Assembly: GCA_965205735.1 (NCBI GenBank)
Contig: OZ242179.1
Coordinates: forward strand, 483,162-547,161
Origin: Candidatus Azotimanducaceae bacterium
GTDB taxonomy: Bacteria; Pseudomonadota; Gammaproteobacteria; Pseudomonadales; Azotimanducaceae
Length of the DNA stretch: 64,000 nucleotides
Direction of reading: 5' to 3'
Shown: one piece after another, positions 25,762-35,173 of the stretch
How positions within the stretch are numbered: position 1 is the first letter of the stretch
How the letters are laid out: every line of letters begins with the position of its first letter
The notes under the pieces: generated by a model
Seen by the model: the letters and a program-made list of their open reading frames with translations, nothing else
Told to the model about the DNA's origin: nothing
Databases searched by the model: none
Position numbers and translations under genes: made by a program

Positions 25762-26649
25762 ATGGCCAGTTCCACCGGCGCGGCCAAGGTGATCGTCGGT
25801 GTTTCCTATCCGGCAGTCATCACCTTCGGCTTCGGCATGTTCGCCGCGCTGGCGGCGCAAGGCCTGCATGTAACGCTGGCCTCCTACATTGCCGTGCTGG
25901 CCGGCGCCGCACTCGTCACACTGCACGAGTTGAAGTGGCCGTGCCGCGCCGAGTGGCGACCCGACTTGCGCGAGGTCGGCGCCGATACGCTGTTCATGCT
26001 CGTTGTGCAAGTCGCGCTGCCCTACTTCCTAACCATCACCCTGGTGATCTTCCTGGCCGAACAACTGCGCGTTGGTGGCTTTATCGTGGAAGGACTATGG
26101 CCCCACACGTGGCCCGTGGCCGCGCAGGCGTGCCTGATGCTGGTCGCTGCCGACTTCTTCCGATACTGGCTGCACCGTGCTTTCCACAGATTCCAGTTCA
26201 TGTGGTGCTATCACGCCGTCCATCACTCGCCGCATGGACTGTACTGGTTGAACGTGGGCCGCTTCCATCCCATCGAGAAGGCCATCCAGTTCGCCGTCGA
26301 CACCCTGCCGTTCGCATTACTTGGCGTGTCCAAGGAGGTCCTCGCCGCTTACTTCGTCTTCTATGCGATCAACGGGTTCTTCCAGCATTCGAACTGCGAC
26401 GTGCGGTTGGGGCCGCTGAACTACATCGTCAGCGGACCCGAACTGCACCGCTGGCATCACTCGGAATTCACGCAAGAATCGGACACCAACTTCGGCAACA
26501 ACCTGATCATTTGGGATCTCCTGTTCGGCACCCGTTTCCTGCCGGCTGACCGGGTGGTTGGTCGATTGGGGCTTGTGAATCGAAACTACCCAAGCGGGTT
26601 CCTCGCCCAGATGAAGACCCCGTTCGTAGCGGGGCTCGACGAGAGCTGA
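25762..26649 (+). CDS. fatty-acid hydroxylase / sterol desaturase superfamily membrane di-iron enzyme
   Basis: Histidine boxes HRAFH, HAVHH and HRWHH, with several TM segments. The ATG at 25762 has AAGGA 8 nt upstream. Confidence 0.8.
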   Translation: MASSTGAAKVIVGVSYPAVITFGFGMFAALAAQGLHVTLASYIAVLAGAALVTLHELKWPCRAEWRPDLREVGADTLFMLVVQVALPYFLTITLVIFLAEQLRVGGFIVEGLWPHTWPVAAQACLMLVAADFFRYWLHRAFHRFQFMWCYHAVHHSPHGLYWLNVGRFHPIEKAIQFAVDTLPFALLGVSKEVLAAYFVFYAINGFFQHSNCDVRLGPLNYIVSGPELHRWHHSEFTQESDTNFGNNLIIWDLLFGTRFLPADRVVGRLGLVNRNYPSGFLAQMKTPFVAGLDES

Positions 26650-28301
26650 TGTCGCCGCGGATAGGTCACCTGCTCGCCAGAACCGGCTTGTCCGCCATGC
26701 ATGGACGTCGTTTCGCACGCCTGCTCGCCGCGGCAAAGGCGCCTGTAGAAGCGCAACGAAAAGTGCTCGACGGCATTCTTGCATCGGGCGCCCGGACGGC
26801 CTTCGGCGAACGCCATGAATTCACCGCGATCCGCGATCTTGACGACTATCGCCGGGCGGTCCCGGTGCAGACCTACGAGGATCTGCGCGAAGACATCGAA
26901 GCGCAGGAATCCACCGGAGAGCCGCGGCTTACGCGGGAGCGACCCGTGTACTACAACCGCACCAGCGGCACTGTGGCGGAACCGAAGAACATCCCGGTGA
27001 CGGCAGCGGGCTTGAATGGAATCCAGAGGAACCAGCAGCTCGCCGCCTACGTGTTCTCGCGATGGCCGGGGCTGTTTGGCGGCAAGGTGTTCGCGGTGTC
27101 GGGCGCCGCCGTGGAAGGCCACATGGCAGGCGGCACGCCGTTCGGGTCCGCTTCTGGCCTGCTGTACCAGAAGCAGCCGCGGCTTCTCCGCGCCCGCTAT
27201 GTGTTGCCGGCAGGGCTGTCCGCCATCGAGGACTACGAGCAGCGCTACCTGGCGATGGCGGCATTCGGTATCGCCGAACCGCGTGTCACGTGTGCGGCGA
27301 CGCCGAACTCCTCGACGCTGATTCGTCTGCTCGACGTCGTCAACAGGCGCCCGGACGAGGTGCTGCGGATAGTAGCGGACGGACGCTGGCCGGACGGGAT
27401 CGGTTCCAACGCGGTAGCGGCGTCTGGACGCCAGCCGCGCCGGGCGGCCGAACTTCGGGCCGTCCTGGATGCCGCTGGAAAACTCTCCTATGCGGATATC
27501 TGGCCGGATCTTGCGGGTGTCGTGACCTGGACAGGCGGTAGTTGCGGGATCGCTATCCGCGCTCTCGTGCCTACCCTACCGGCCAACTGCGGGATCATCG
27601 AGTTGGGTTACGTTGCGAGTGAAGTCCATGGCACGATCAACGTCGATCCGCACCGCAGCCTCTGCCTTCCCACGCTTGATCAGACGGTCTTCGAGTTTGT
27701 GCCGCGTGAGCGTTGGGAAAGCGGCGACAGAACCGAAGTGATTGGCCTTGCCGAACTGGAGGACGACCAGGACTACTACGTGATTGTGACCACCGCCGAT
27801 GGCCTCTATCGGTACGACATGAACGACATCGTGCGCGTCACGGGACGGATTCACGACACACCGACGCTGGCGTTCGTGCAAAAGGGCAAGGGCGTGACCA
27901 GCATCACCGGCGAGAAGGTCCACGAGTCGCAGGTTTTGAACGCCGTCTGCTCGGCGCTCGAAGACCGGGACATCGAGTCGACCTTCTTCATCTCCCTTGC
28001 AGACCCGGAAACCGCCACGTATACGCTCTACGTTGAGACCCGAGAGGATGGTGCCTCGGATGCGGGTCTCGCGGGGCTGGTCGATGCGCGTCTTGGGTCG
28101 GCCAATATCGAATATCAGGGCAAGCGCGCCAGCGACCGTCTGCATCCAATGCGCGTCGTCTGGCTGAAGCGCGGCACCGGCGAAGCGTTCCGGGTGCGCC
28201 GGGTGGCCGAGGGGCAACGCGACGCCCAGTTCAAGTACCTGCACCTGCAGTACGCGGGAGAGTGCGGCTTCGACTTCGAATCATTCAGACGTTCGGAGTG
28301 A
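26649..28301 (+). CDS. GH3-family (acyl acid amido synthetase-like) adenylating enzyme
   Basis: 550 aa with an ANL/GH3-type phosphate-binding loop YNRTSGTVAEPKNIPVT and GH3-like overall length. Its start overlaps the upstream stop (TGATG). Confidence 0.65.
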   Translation: MSPRIGHLLARTGLSAMHGRRFARLLAAAKAPVEAQRKVLDGILASGARTAFGERHEFTAIRDLDDYRRAVPVQTYEDLREDIEAQESTGEPRLTRERPVYYNRTSGTVAEPKNIPVTAAGLNGIQRNQQLAAYVFSRWPGLFGGKVFAVSGAAVEGHMAGGTPFGSASGLLYQKQPRLLRARYVLPAGLSAIEDYEQRYLAMAAFGIAEPRVTCAATPNSSTLIRLLDVVNRRPDEVLRIVADGRWPDGIGSNAVAASGRQPRRAAELRAVLDAAGKLSYADIWPDLAGVVTWTGGSCGIAIRALVPTLPANCGIIELGYVASEVHGTINVDPHRSLCLPTLDQTVFEFVPRERWESGDRTEVIGLAELEDDQDYYVIVTTADGLYRYDMNDIVRVTGRIHDTPTLAFVQKGKGVTSITGEKVHESQVLNAVCSALEDRDIESTFFISLADPETATYTLYVETREDGASDAGLAGLVDARLGSANIEYQGKRASDRLHPMRVVWLKRGTGEAFRVRRVAEGQRDAQFKYLHLQYAGECGFDFESFRRSE

Positions 28302-28307
28302 ACGCGG

Positions 28308-29420
28308 ATGCGAATCAGCCGATTTTCAGTATTTACCTTTCCCGTGCCGTTCAAGGTGGTCTTCCGGCACGCGTCGGCGAGCCGCGACCGCGCTGAGAAT
28401 TTAGTCGTCGCCGCCCACGCCGAAGACGGTCGCGTGGGCTACGGCGAGGGATGCCCCAGGCACTACGTCACCGGCGAAACCGTGCCGGGGGGATTGACGT
28501 TCATTCGCGCCCATGCCGATTCGCTCGTTGCCGACGTTTGCGACACGGCGAGCCTGCGCGCGTGGATCGCCGACCACCGCAACGCCATCGACCGCAACCC
28601 GGCCGCCTTCTGTGCGATCGAGACCGCGATGCTCGATCTTTTCGGACGAATGTCCGGCAGATGCGTCGAAGAACTCATCGGACTGCCGAGGCCGAGCGGC
28701 GCCTTCGGGTACTCAGCCGTGCTGGGCAACGCGCCCTACCCCGCCTATCGATGGCAACTTCGCCGCTATCGCAAGCGCGGCTTTTCGGACTTCAAGGTGA
28801 AGCTGTCGGGGAATTCAGCTCGCGACCGGCGCAAGATGCTCGCCTTGGCCCGTGTGGCTGCGCGCATCCGGTTGGACGCCAACAACCTGTGGGCATCCGC
28901 CCCGGACTGCATTCGCCACCTGAACAACTTGCCGGGACAGGCATTCGCCATCGAGGAACCGCTCGCGGTGGGTGACCTGGAAGGATTCCGCGCGGTGGGC
29001 GAGGCTTCGTCCATGCGTGTCGTACTCGACGAGAGCCTGCTCCGCGCGGAGCAACTCGAAGCGCTGCCGGACCCCGAGCGCTGGATCGTCAACCTGCGCG
29101 TGTCCAAGATGGGCGGCATCCTGCGATCCATCGATGTCGCGAAACAGGCGGCCCGCCTTGGCATCGGCACCATCGTCGGCTGCCAAGTGGGCGAAACCAG
29201 CATTCTCACCCGGGCCGCGCTGCCGGTCATGCACTCCGCCGGCTCGAACCTTGTCGCGGCCGAAGGTGCGTTCGGCACACAACTCCTGCAACGCGACTTG
29301 ACGACGCCCTCCCTCATGTTCGGCGAAGCCGGACTATTGGACGCGCGGGACGTGCCCCGGGCAGCCGGTCTTGGGCTGGTCGTTTCCCACAAGGAACTGC
29401 AACCTCTGGGGGATTCATGA
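28308..29420 (+). CDS. enolase-superfamily enzyme, MLE subgroup (N-acylamino-acid racemase / dipeptide epimerase / OSBS-like)
   Basis: KxK motif (DFKVKLSG), metal ligands in RLDANN, IEEPL and VLDESL, and a second catalytic Lys in LRVSKMGG. Confidence 0.75.
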   Translation: MRISRFSVFTFPVPFKVVFRHASASRDRAENLVVAAHAEDGRVGYGEGCPRHYVTGETVPGGLTFIRAHADSLVADVCDTASLRAWIADHRNAIDRNPAAFCAIETAMLDLFGRMSGRCVEELIGLPRPSGAFGYSAVLGNAPYPAYRWQLRRYRKRGFSDFKVKLSGNSARDRRKMLALARVAARIRLDANNLWASAPDCIRHLNNLPGQAFAIEEPLAVGDLEGFRAVGEASSMRVVLDESLLRAEQLEALPDPERWIVNLRVSKMGGILRSIDVAKQAARLGIGTIVGCQVGETSILTRAALPVMHSAGSNLVAAEGAFGTQLLQRDLTTPSLMFGEAGLLDARDVPRAAGLGLVVSHKELQPLGDS

Positions 29421-29854
29421 ATCGCTGGTTCGCGCTCGGCACGTCGGTTCTCGGCATCGCCTTCCTCGGCCGCGTCGCCGGTCAACTCATCCAGGTCGTT
29501 TCTCCCGTAGCGTTTCTACCGCCGATGGAAAGCTGGCAGGGCAGCAACCTGCCGTACCCGGTGTTGTTGACAGCCCAGCTCGCGATTGTCGGGCTGGTCG
29601 GGTGGATATCCTTGCAGATGGCCGCCGGACGACGCGTCATCGCCTCGCGATGGGGAAGCCCGGTCATCGTGGTTGGCACCATCTACTTTGGCGTGATGGC
29701 GGCTCGACTGGTGTTGGGACTGACCTCGATGGCCGACGTCAAGTGGTTCGCGGTTCCGATACCCACGATCTTTCACCTAATGCTCGCAAGCGCCGCGATA
29801 CTGACCGGCGCGTACGCCCTCGCGCTCCCGTCGAAGGCGGACCGGGACCGCTGA
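29417..29854 (+). CDS. small integral membrane protein (about 4 TM), unknown function
   Basis: ATGA overlap with the upstream gene. Hydrophobic segments ALGTSVLGIAFLG, VLLTAQLAIVGLVGWI, VIVVGTIYFGVMAARLVLGL and IFHLMLASAAILTGAYALAL. Confidence 0.6.
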   Translation: MNRWFALGTSVLGIAFLGRVAGQLIQVVSPVAFLPPMESWQGSNLPYPVLLTAQLAIVGLVGWISLQMAAGRRVIASRWGSPVIVVGTIYFGVMAARLVLGLTSMADVKWFAVPIPTIFHLMLASAAILTGAYALALPSKADRDR

Positions 29855-29933
29855 CTGGTTGTCGGTCAGTCCACCGCGCTGTGCGATACTTCCGTCCTGT
29901 TTCAGCGATGCGCACAGCGCCTGGAGGCCTTCC

Positions 29934-30455
29934 ATGTCCATCTCACTCTACGATGCCACCGCCCTCACCTTTCTCCAGATTCTCGGCGGCGCAGAACGGG
30001 TGCTGGAGAAAGGCCGCGCCCACTGCGAAGCCAATGACATCGACCTGAACGACATTATCGAGATGCGACTGATCGAGGACATGCATCCGTTTCGATACCA
30101 GGTCATTGCCATGACCCACCATTCCCTCGGCGCCATCCGGGGCGTGCAAGCGGGAGCCTTCAGCCCGCCGCAAATGTCAGACCTCGACTACGGCGGTCTG
30201 CAGGATCTTGTCACCGAGACGCGCGGTGCGATCGAGCAGTACTCGCCCGACACGATAAACGGCCTTGCGGGCAACCGGATCGAGTTCGGGGGGGGCAGTT
30301 TCAGGCTGCCTTACGTGGGGGAGGATTTCCTGCTGTCGTTTTCGTTGCCGAACTTCTACTTTCACGCGACGACCGCCTACGACATGCTGCGCATGAGAGG
30401 TGTCCCAATCGGCAAGCGCGACTTCGCGGGCAGGGTGCGATTCTTGAAGAGCTGA
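29934..30455 (+). CDS. DUF1993-family protein
   Basis: MSISLYDATALTFLQILGGAERVLEKG... resembles DUF1993. The ATG at 29934 has GGAGG upstream. Confidence 0.6.
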   Translation: MSISLYDATALTFLQILGGAERVLEKGRAHCEANDIDLNDIIEMRLIEDMHPFRYQVIAMTHHSLGAIRGVQAGAFSPPQMSDLDYGGLQDLVTETRGAIEQYSPDTINGLAGNRIEFGGGSFRLPYVGEDFLLSFSLPNFYFHATTAYDMLRMRGVPIGKRDFAGRVRFLKS

Positions 30456-30465
30456 CCGCCTGCCC

Positions 30466-30492
30466 GACTTGCCAGACTGGCGGCAAGATCGA
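30466..30492 (-). repeat. partial REP-like hairpin between convergent genes
   Basis: gacttgccagactggcggcaagatcga parallels gacttgccgcactggcggcgagatcga at 51148-51174. Confidence 0.55.
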
Positions 30493-30518
30493 GGGGTGAC
30501 GGGCGCGACGACTTCCGT

Positions 30519-33509
30519 TCAGGAAGACAAGCGCAGGAGTTCCGCGTTGCCTCCTATGGCTGCCGTATTCCGCGTCACCGTGCGTTCCACCGCGAACCGC
30601 GGCAGATAGTGGGGTCCGCCCGCCTTCGGTCCGGTTCCGGACAGCCCCTCGCCGCCGAACGGCTGGACGCCCGGAACGGCACCGATCATGTCCCGGTTGA
30701 CGTAGGCATTGCCGGCTTTGACCGTTGCAATGACCTTCTCGGCGCGCCGGTGAAGGCGCGAGTGGATACCGAGGGTCAGACCGAAGCCGACAGCCTGGAT
30801 TTCCGCCAACACATCGTCGAAGCCGTCGGCGGCAAAGCGAACCACATGCAGGATGGGCCCGAAGTGCTCGGCGTCGAGATCGGTGATGGAAGGGATTTCG
30901 ATCAGCGCGGGGCCGATGTGCCAACCCTTGAGACCCTGCGGGACTTCGCATTGGTACACGACACGTTCGCGATTCGCCTCGACGTGGGCCGTCAACCGCG
31001 CGAGCGCGGCTTCGTCGATGACAGGCCCGATGTCGGTTTCGGGATCCGCGGGATCGCCGATGATGAGGGTTTCCATGGCCTGCGCGGTCATCGCGAGCAG
31101 GCGCTCCGCGATCTCTTCCTGCACGTACAGTACGCGCAGGGACGAGCATCTTTGTCCGGCGGAGCGAAAAGCGGATGCGATCACATCGTCTATGACCTGT
31201 TCGAGCAACGCCGTCGAATCCACGATCATGGCGTTCTGACCGCCCGTTTCCGCGATAAGCGGGACAATGGGACCATCCTTCGCGGCGAGCGCGCGCTGGA
31301 TGTACTTCGCGGTCGCAGTCGACCCCGTGAATGCAACGCCGGCAATGGCGTCGATCGCGACCACTTCGGCGCCGGTCTCGCCGCCGCCAGGGGCCAGGCA
31401 AACCGCCGCCTCCGGAATCCCCGCTTCGCGCATCAATGCGGTCGCCGCAGCGGCGATGGCCGGCGTCTGCGGCGCGGGCTTGGCAATGACGGTGTTCCCC
31501 GCCGCCAATGCCGCCGCCACCTGGCCGGTGAAAATGGCGAGAGGAAAGTTCCACGGCGAAATGCAGGCAAATACGCCCCGACCATGGAGCCTCAAAGTGT
31601 TCGTCTCTCCCGTCGCCCCGTCCAGGACGTTCCCGGTGCCGAACAGGCGTTCGCATTCGCTGCCGTAGTAGCGGCAGAAGTCGGCGGCCTCGCGTACCTC
31701 CGACACCGCATCCCGCAGCGTCTTGCCGGCTTCCCGCGCGAGCATCGCAACGAAGCGGGCACGGTTTCCCTCGATCAGGTTCGCGAGCTTGTCCAGCCGT
31801 GCGCGGCGATCGGTTGCCGGAGTCGCCTCCCATGCCTGGAAAGCGCTGGCCGCTCGCGCAACCAAGGCCCCGACACGTTCGCCGTCCTCGACCATCGAGA
31901 CAGGGTTGCATGCCCGCGCCGCGTCGATCAACGCCTTGACCTCGCCACGGTCGCCGATATCCAAACCCGATGAATTGCGACGCGCCTTTCCAAAGAGATC
32001 CCGTGGCAAGGGGATCTCGGGATGCGGCTCGGCGCCGTATCCCGCGACCGCGCCGACTGGATCCACGACCACCTCGGCCGGCGCCACCTTTTCGTCGAGG
32101 AATCGGTTGACGAACGAGGAATTGGCGCCGTTCTCCAGCAGCCGGCGCACGAGATAGGCGAGGAGGTCCTTGTGGGCACCTACCGGCGCGTACACGCGCA
32201 CCGGGGGCAAGTCGTCGAAGCGCCGCCGCGCCTCGTCAAAGAGCAACGCGCCCATGCCGTGCAGGCGCTGGAACTCGTACGCCGCATCGGTGTTCGACGC
32301 GAGTTCCAACACCGCCGCCAAAGTGTGCGCGTTGTGCGTTGCGAACTGCGGAAACAGGTGTTGGCAGCGGAGCAGCCGCGCGGCGCAGGCGATATAGGCG
32401 AGATCCGTCGAAGGCTTGCGGGTGTACACAGGGTATCCCGGCAGCCCCTCGACCTGGGCGCGCTTTATCTCGAAGTCCCAGTATGCTCCCTTGACCAGCC
32501 GCACCATGATCGGCCTGCCGAGGCTCTCCAGCCAGTCGATGACCGCAGGCGCCCGTTTCGAGTACGCCTGCACGGCGATACCGAGCCCGTCCCAGGACGC
32601 GAGGTCGGGCGCCCGCGCCAGACGCTCGAACAACAGCAGCGACGCCTCCAGGCGCTCCGCTTCCTCGGCATCGATGGCGAAGTGCAGACCCCGGGTGGCG
32701 GCTTCACGGGAAAGGTCGAGCAGCGTGTGTCCAAGTTCGTCCAGTACGCGCTTTTCCTGCAGCGGCTCGAAGCGCGGATGCAGCGCCGATAGCTTGATGG
32801 AGACACCGGACGCTCCCGCCGGCGTCGCATCCGGGTATGCGTCCCCTATCGCTCGAATCGCGTGCCGATAGGACTGCCCATAGCGCGCCGCGTCCGGGTA
32901 CGTACGCGCCCCCTCCCCCAGCATGTCGAACGACGACAATCCTCCGTGGGCACTCTCCCTGGCCAACGCCTCCTCGATGGTCCTTCCCTGCACGAACTCG
33001 GCACCGAGGATGCGCACGGCCTGAGACATGGCCGCGCGCGCCATAGACTCGCCAATCCGACCCGCCAAGTGGTTGATCCAGCCCCGGACGTCGTCGGTAA
33101 TGTCCGCGGCCAGACCGATGACGTTGCCCGTAAGCATCAATGCCCAGATAGACGCGTTGAGGAACACAGAGTCCGACTGTCCGACATGATCCGCCCAGTT
33201 CCCCGTGGCAATCTTCTCCGCGATCAGCGCCTCGGCGGTGTTTTCGTCGGGAATTCTGAGCAGCGCCTCGCTGATACACATCAGCGCGATGCCCTCTTCG
33301 TTGCGCAGACCGAACTCGCCCAGGAACACGTCGAGCACAGAACGCTCATCCGCGCGAGACCGGCACCCCTCCACCAAGCTGATCGCGCGTTCCTGCACGC
33401 GCCGATTCGAGGCATAGGAAAACGGGACTTCCGCGAGCCGCGCCTGCACCGCCTCGCGCTCCCCCTGGGCACCTGCGGCGGAGATGGCTGCCCATCGATC
33501 GGTGCTCAT
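30519..33509 (-). CDS. putA: bifunctional proline dehydrogenase / L-glutamate gamma-semialdehyde dehydrogenase
   Basis: 996 aa: a PRODH barrel followed by an aldehyde dehydrogenase domain (ISPWNFPLAIF..., ETGGQNAMIVD). No N-terminal RHH domain. Confidence 0.9.
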   Translation of the reverse strand: MSTDRWAAISAAGAQGEREAVQARLAEVPFSYASNRRVQERAISLVEGCRSRADERSVLDVFLGEFGLRNEEGIALMCISEALLRIPDENTAEALIAEKIATGNWADHVGQSDSVFLNASIWALMLTGNVIGLAADITDDVRGWINHLAGRIGESMARAAMSQAVRILGAEFVQGRTIEEALARESAHGGLSSFDMLGEGARTYPDAARYGQSYRHAIRAIGDAYPDATPAGASGVSIKLSALHPRFEPLQEKRVLDELGHTLLDLSREAATRGLHFAIDAEEAERLEASLLLFERLARAPDLASWDGLGIAVQAYSKRAPAVIDWLESLGRPIMVRLVKGAYWDFEIKRAQVEGLPGYPVYTRKPSTDLAYIACAARLLRCQHLFPQFATHNAHTLAAVLELASNTDAAYEFQRLHGMGALLFDEARRRFDDLPPVRVYAPVGAHKDLLAYLVRRLLENGANSSFVNRFLDEKVAPAEVVVDPVGAVAGYGAEPHPEIPLPRDLFGKARRNSSGLDIGDRGEVKALIDAARACNPVSMVEDGERVGALVARAASAFQAWEATPATDRRARLDKLANLIEGNRARFVAMLAREAGKTLRDAVSEVREAADFCRYYGSECERLFGTGNVLDGATGETNTLRLHGRGVFACISPWNFPLAIFTGQVAAALAAGNTVIAKPAPQTPAIAAAATALMREAGIPEAAVCLAPGGGETGAEVVAIDAIAGVAFTGSTATAKYIQRALAAKDGPIVPLIAETGGQNAMIVDSTALLEQVIDDVIASAFRSAGQRCSSLRVLYVQEEIAERLLAMTAQAMETLIIGDPADPETDIGPVIDEAALARLTAHVEANRERVVYQCEVPQGLKGWHIGPALIEIPSITDLDAEHFGPILHVVRFAADGFDDVLAEIQAVGFGLTLGIHSRLHRRAEKVIATVKAGNAYVNRDMIGAVPGVQPFGGEGLSGTGPKAGGPHYLPRFAVERTVTRNTAAIGGNAELLRLSS

Positions 33510-33601
33510 CGGTTCACCCCTCGGAGGGCAACCCGCTCCATGTGGAGAGGGATAGCATGTGTAGGGACATTGTCCGCGCTCCGTCGCATCGGCAACGCAG
33601 T

Positions 33602-34008
33602 CTAGCCCGCATATCTCACCAAGTCGCTTGTTGAGTCACTGAATGTCATTTGCTTTCAATCAGGTACTTCCCTTTTTCGAAAGTTGTGTCCTGTACAGAC
33701 GGCGCTGGCCGCGCCCTCGCTGGCCTGCCGTGGAACAAACGCGTCCGGGAAGCGCCAGCGACCCGGCGCGGTTGTTCCATGGTCGAAGAGCGGGGCCGGG
33801 CCACGGGCGGAGCCGAAGGCGCCGGCTGTGGGGCACTTTTGCCCGCGTGCGCGCACGTGCTCACTCCACCATAAGGCGTGGCTATGCTTCCGTCTCTCTT
33901 CTTGCGAGGGGTACCCCCTCGCGCTCCCCGGCTGAAGGCTCCCGAGCACGCCCACGCGGGAAAAATTCTGCGCGATCATCGCGGCCCTTGGTGAGATATG
34001 CGGGCTAG
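33602..34008. repeat. 407-bp intergenic element bounded by 22-bp perfect inverted repeats (MITE-like or paired operator)
   Basis: ctagcccgcatatctcaccaag at 33602-33623 and its exact reverse complement at 33987-34008. The interior has an AT-rich left part, then a GC-rich part with strong hairpins. Confidence 0.6.
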
Positions 34009-34127
34009 CAACGGCGTCCGGCCGAAAGAACCTTGGCGATCAAAAGCCCGCCGTCGCGGCCGGTCTCATCGCCCGTGGATGAAAGTCGCTGCGTCACGAA
34101 GTATGATCCCCTCTCCAAGGGGGACCC

Positions 34128-35147
34128 TTGGACTTCATCGGCCACCACATTCTTTCTGTCGATCAGTTCGAGCGGAACGATATCGAACGCCTGTTCGATA
34201 TCGCGGACGAGATGGAACCCTACGCGCGTCGAACGCGAATCACGCGGGTCCTGCAAGGCGCGATCCTTTCCAGCATGTTCTTCGAGCCCAGCACGCGCAC
34301 GCGAATCTCCTTCGGATGCGCGTTCAACCTGCTGGGCGGAGAGGTGCGCGAAACAACGGAAGTCAAGGCCTTGTCCCTCGCCAAGGGAGAGTCCCTGCAC
34401 GACACGGCGCGGGTGTTGTCCGGCTACAGCGACATCATCGTCATGCGCCACCCTCGCGCGGGTTCGGTCAGCGAGTTTGCGGAAGCATCACGTGTGCCGG
34501 TCATCAACGGCGGCGATGGCTCCAATGAGCATCCGAGTCAGGCCCTGTTGGATGTCTACACCATAGCCAAGGAAATGCGCGAACAGGGACGCGGTATCGA
34601 TGCGTTGCGCATCGCCCTGGTCGGCGATCTGAAGTATGGACGCGCCGTACATTCGCTATGCAAGGTCCTTGCCCTGTTTCGCGGGATCACGTTCCAGTTG
34701 GTATCGCCGCCCGGGTTGCAACTTGCCGACGATCTTGTGGACGCGTTGCGCGCGCGGGGACACCGCGTCAACGTGATTCACGACATGGAGGCTGGAATTC
34801 GCCATGTCGATATCGTCTACGTTACCCGGACGCAGGAAGAGCGTTTTCCTTCCCTCGAAGCGGCGCGCCGATACCGCGGGCTGTTCCGCCTGAACCAGGC
34901 GGTCTATACGGAACACTGCGAACCCAATACCGTCATCATGCACCCGATGCCGCGGGATTCCCGCAGGCAGGCGCGGGAGCTCGATGAGGACCTGGACGCG
35001 AATCCGAACCTCGCGATCTTCCGCCAGACAGACAACGGCGTGCTGCTACGCATGGCGCTATTCGCCATGGTGCTGGACGTGGCGGATCGGGTCCATGTCG
35101 GCGCGCAGCCGGTGCATTGGTACACCGCCAAGCGGACGCCTCGCTAG
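34128..35147 (+). CDS. pyrB: aspartate carbamoyltransferase catalytic subunit
   Basis: STRTR, MRHP and HPSQALLD motifs. TTG start with AGGGGG upstream. No pyrI follows. Confidence 0.9.
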   Translation: MDFIGHHILSVDQFERNDIERLFDIADEMEPYARRTRITRVLQGAILSSMFFEPSTRTRISFGCAFNLLGGEVRETTEVKALSLAKGESLHDTARVLSGYSDIIVMRHPRAGSVSEFAEASRVPVINGGDGSNEHPSQALLDVYTIAKEMREQGRGIDALRIALVGDLKYGRAVHSLCKVLALFRGITFQLVSPPGLQLADDLVDALRARGHRVNVIHDMEAGIRHVDIVYVTRTQEERFPSLEAARRYRGLFRLNQAVYTEHCEPNTVIMHPMPRDSRRQARELDEDLDANPNLAIFRQTDNGVLLRMALFAMVLDVADRVHVGAQPVHWYTAKRTPR

Positions 35148-35173
35148 TAGGGTCCGCTTGAGTGCGCTATCCG

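Noticed and set aside
33643-34008. The 121-aa ORF inside the inverted-repeat-bounded element as a possible transposase or small protein.
   Set aside because: The translation is Arg-rich and low-complexity (…RRRWPRPRWP…GRSRRRRLWG…), has no DDE or HUH-type motif, and is far too short for a transposase. Overlapping ORFs in other frames look just as poor.
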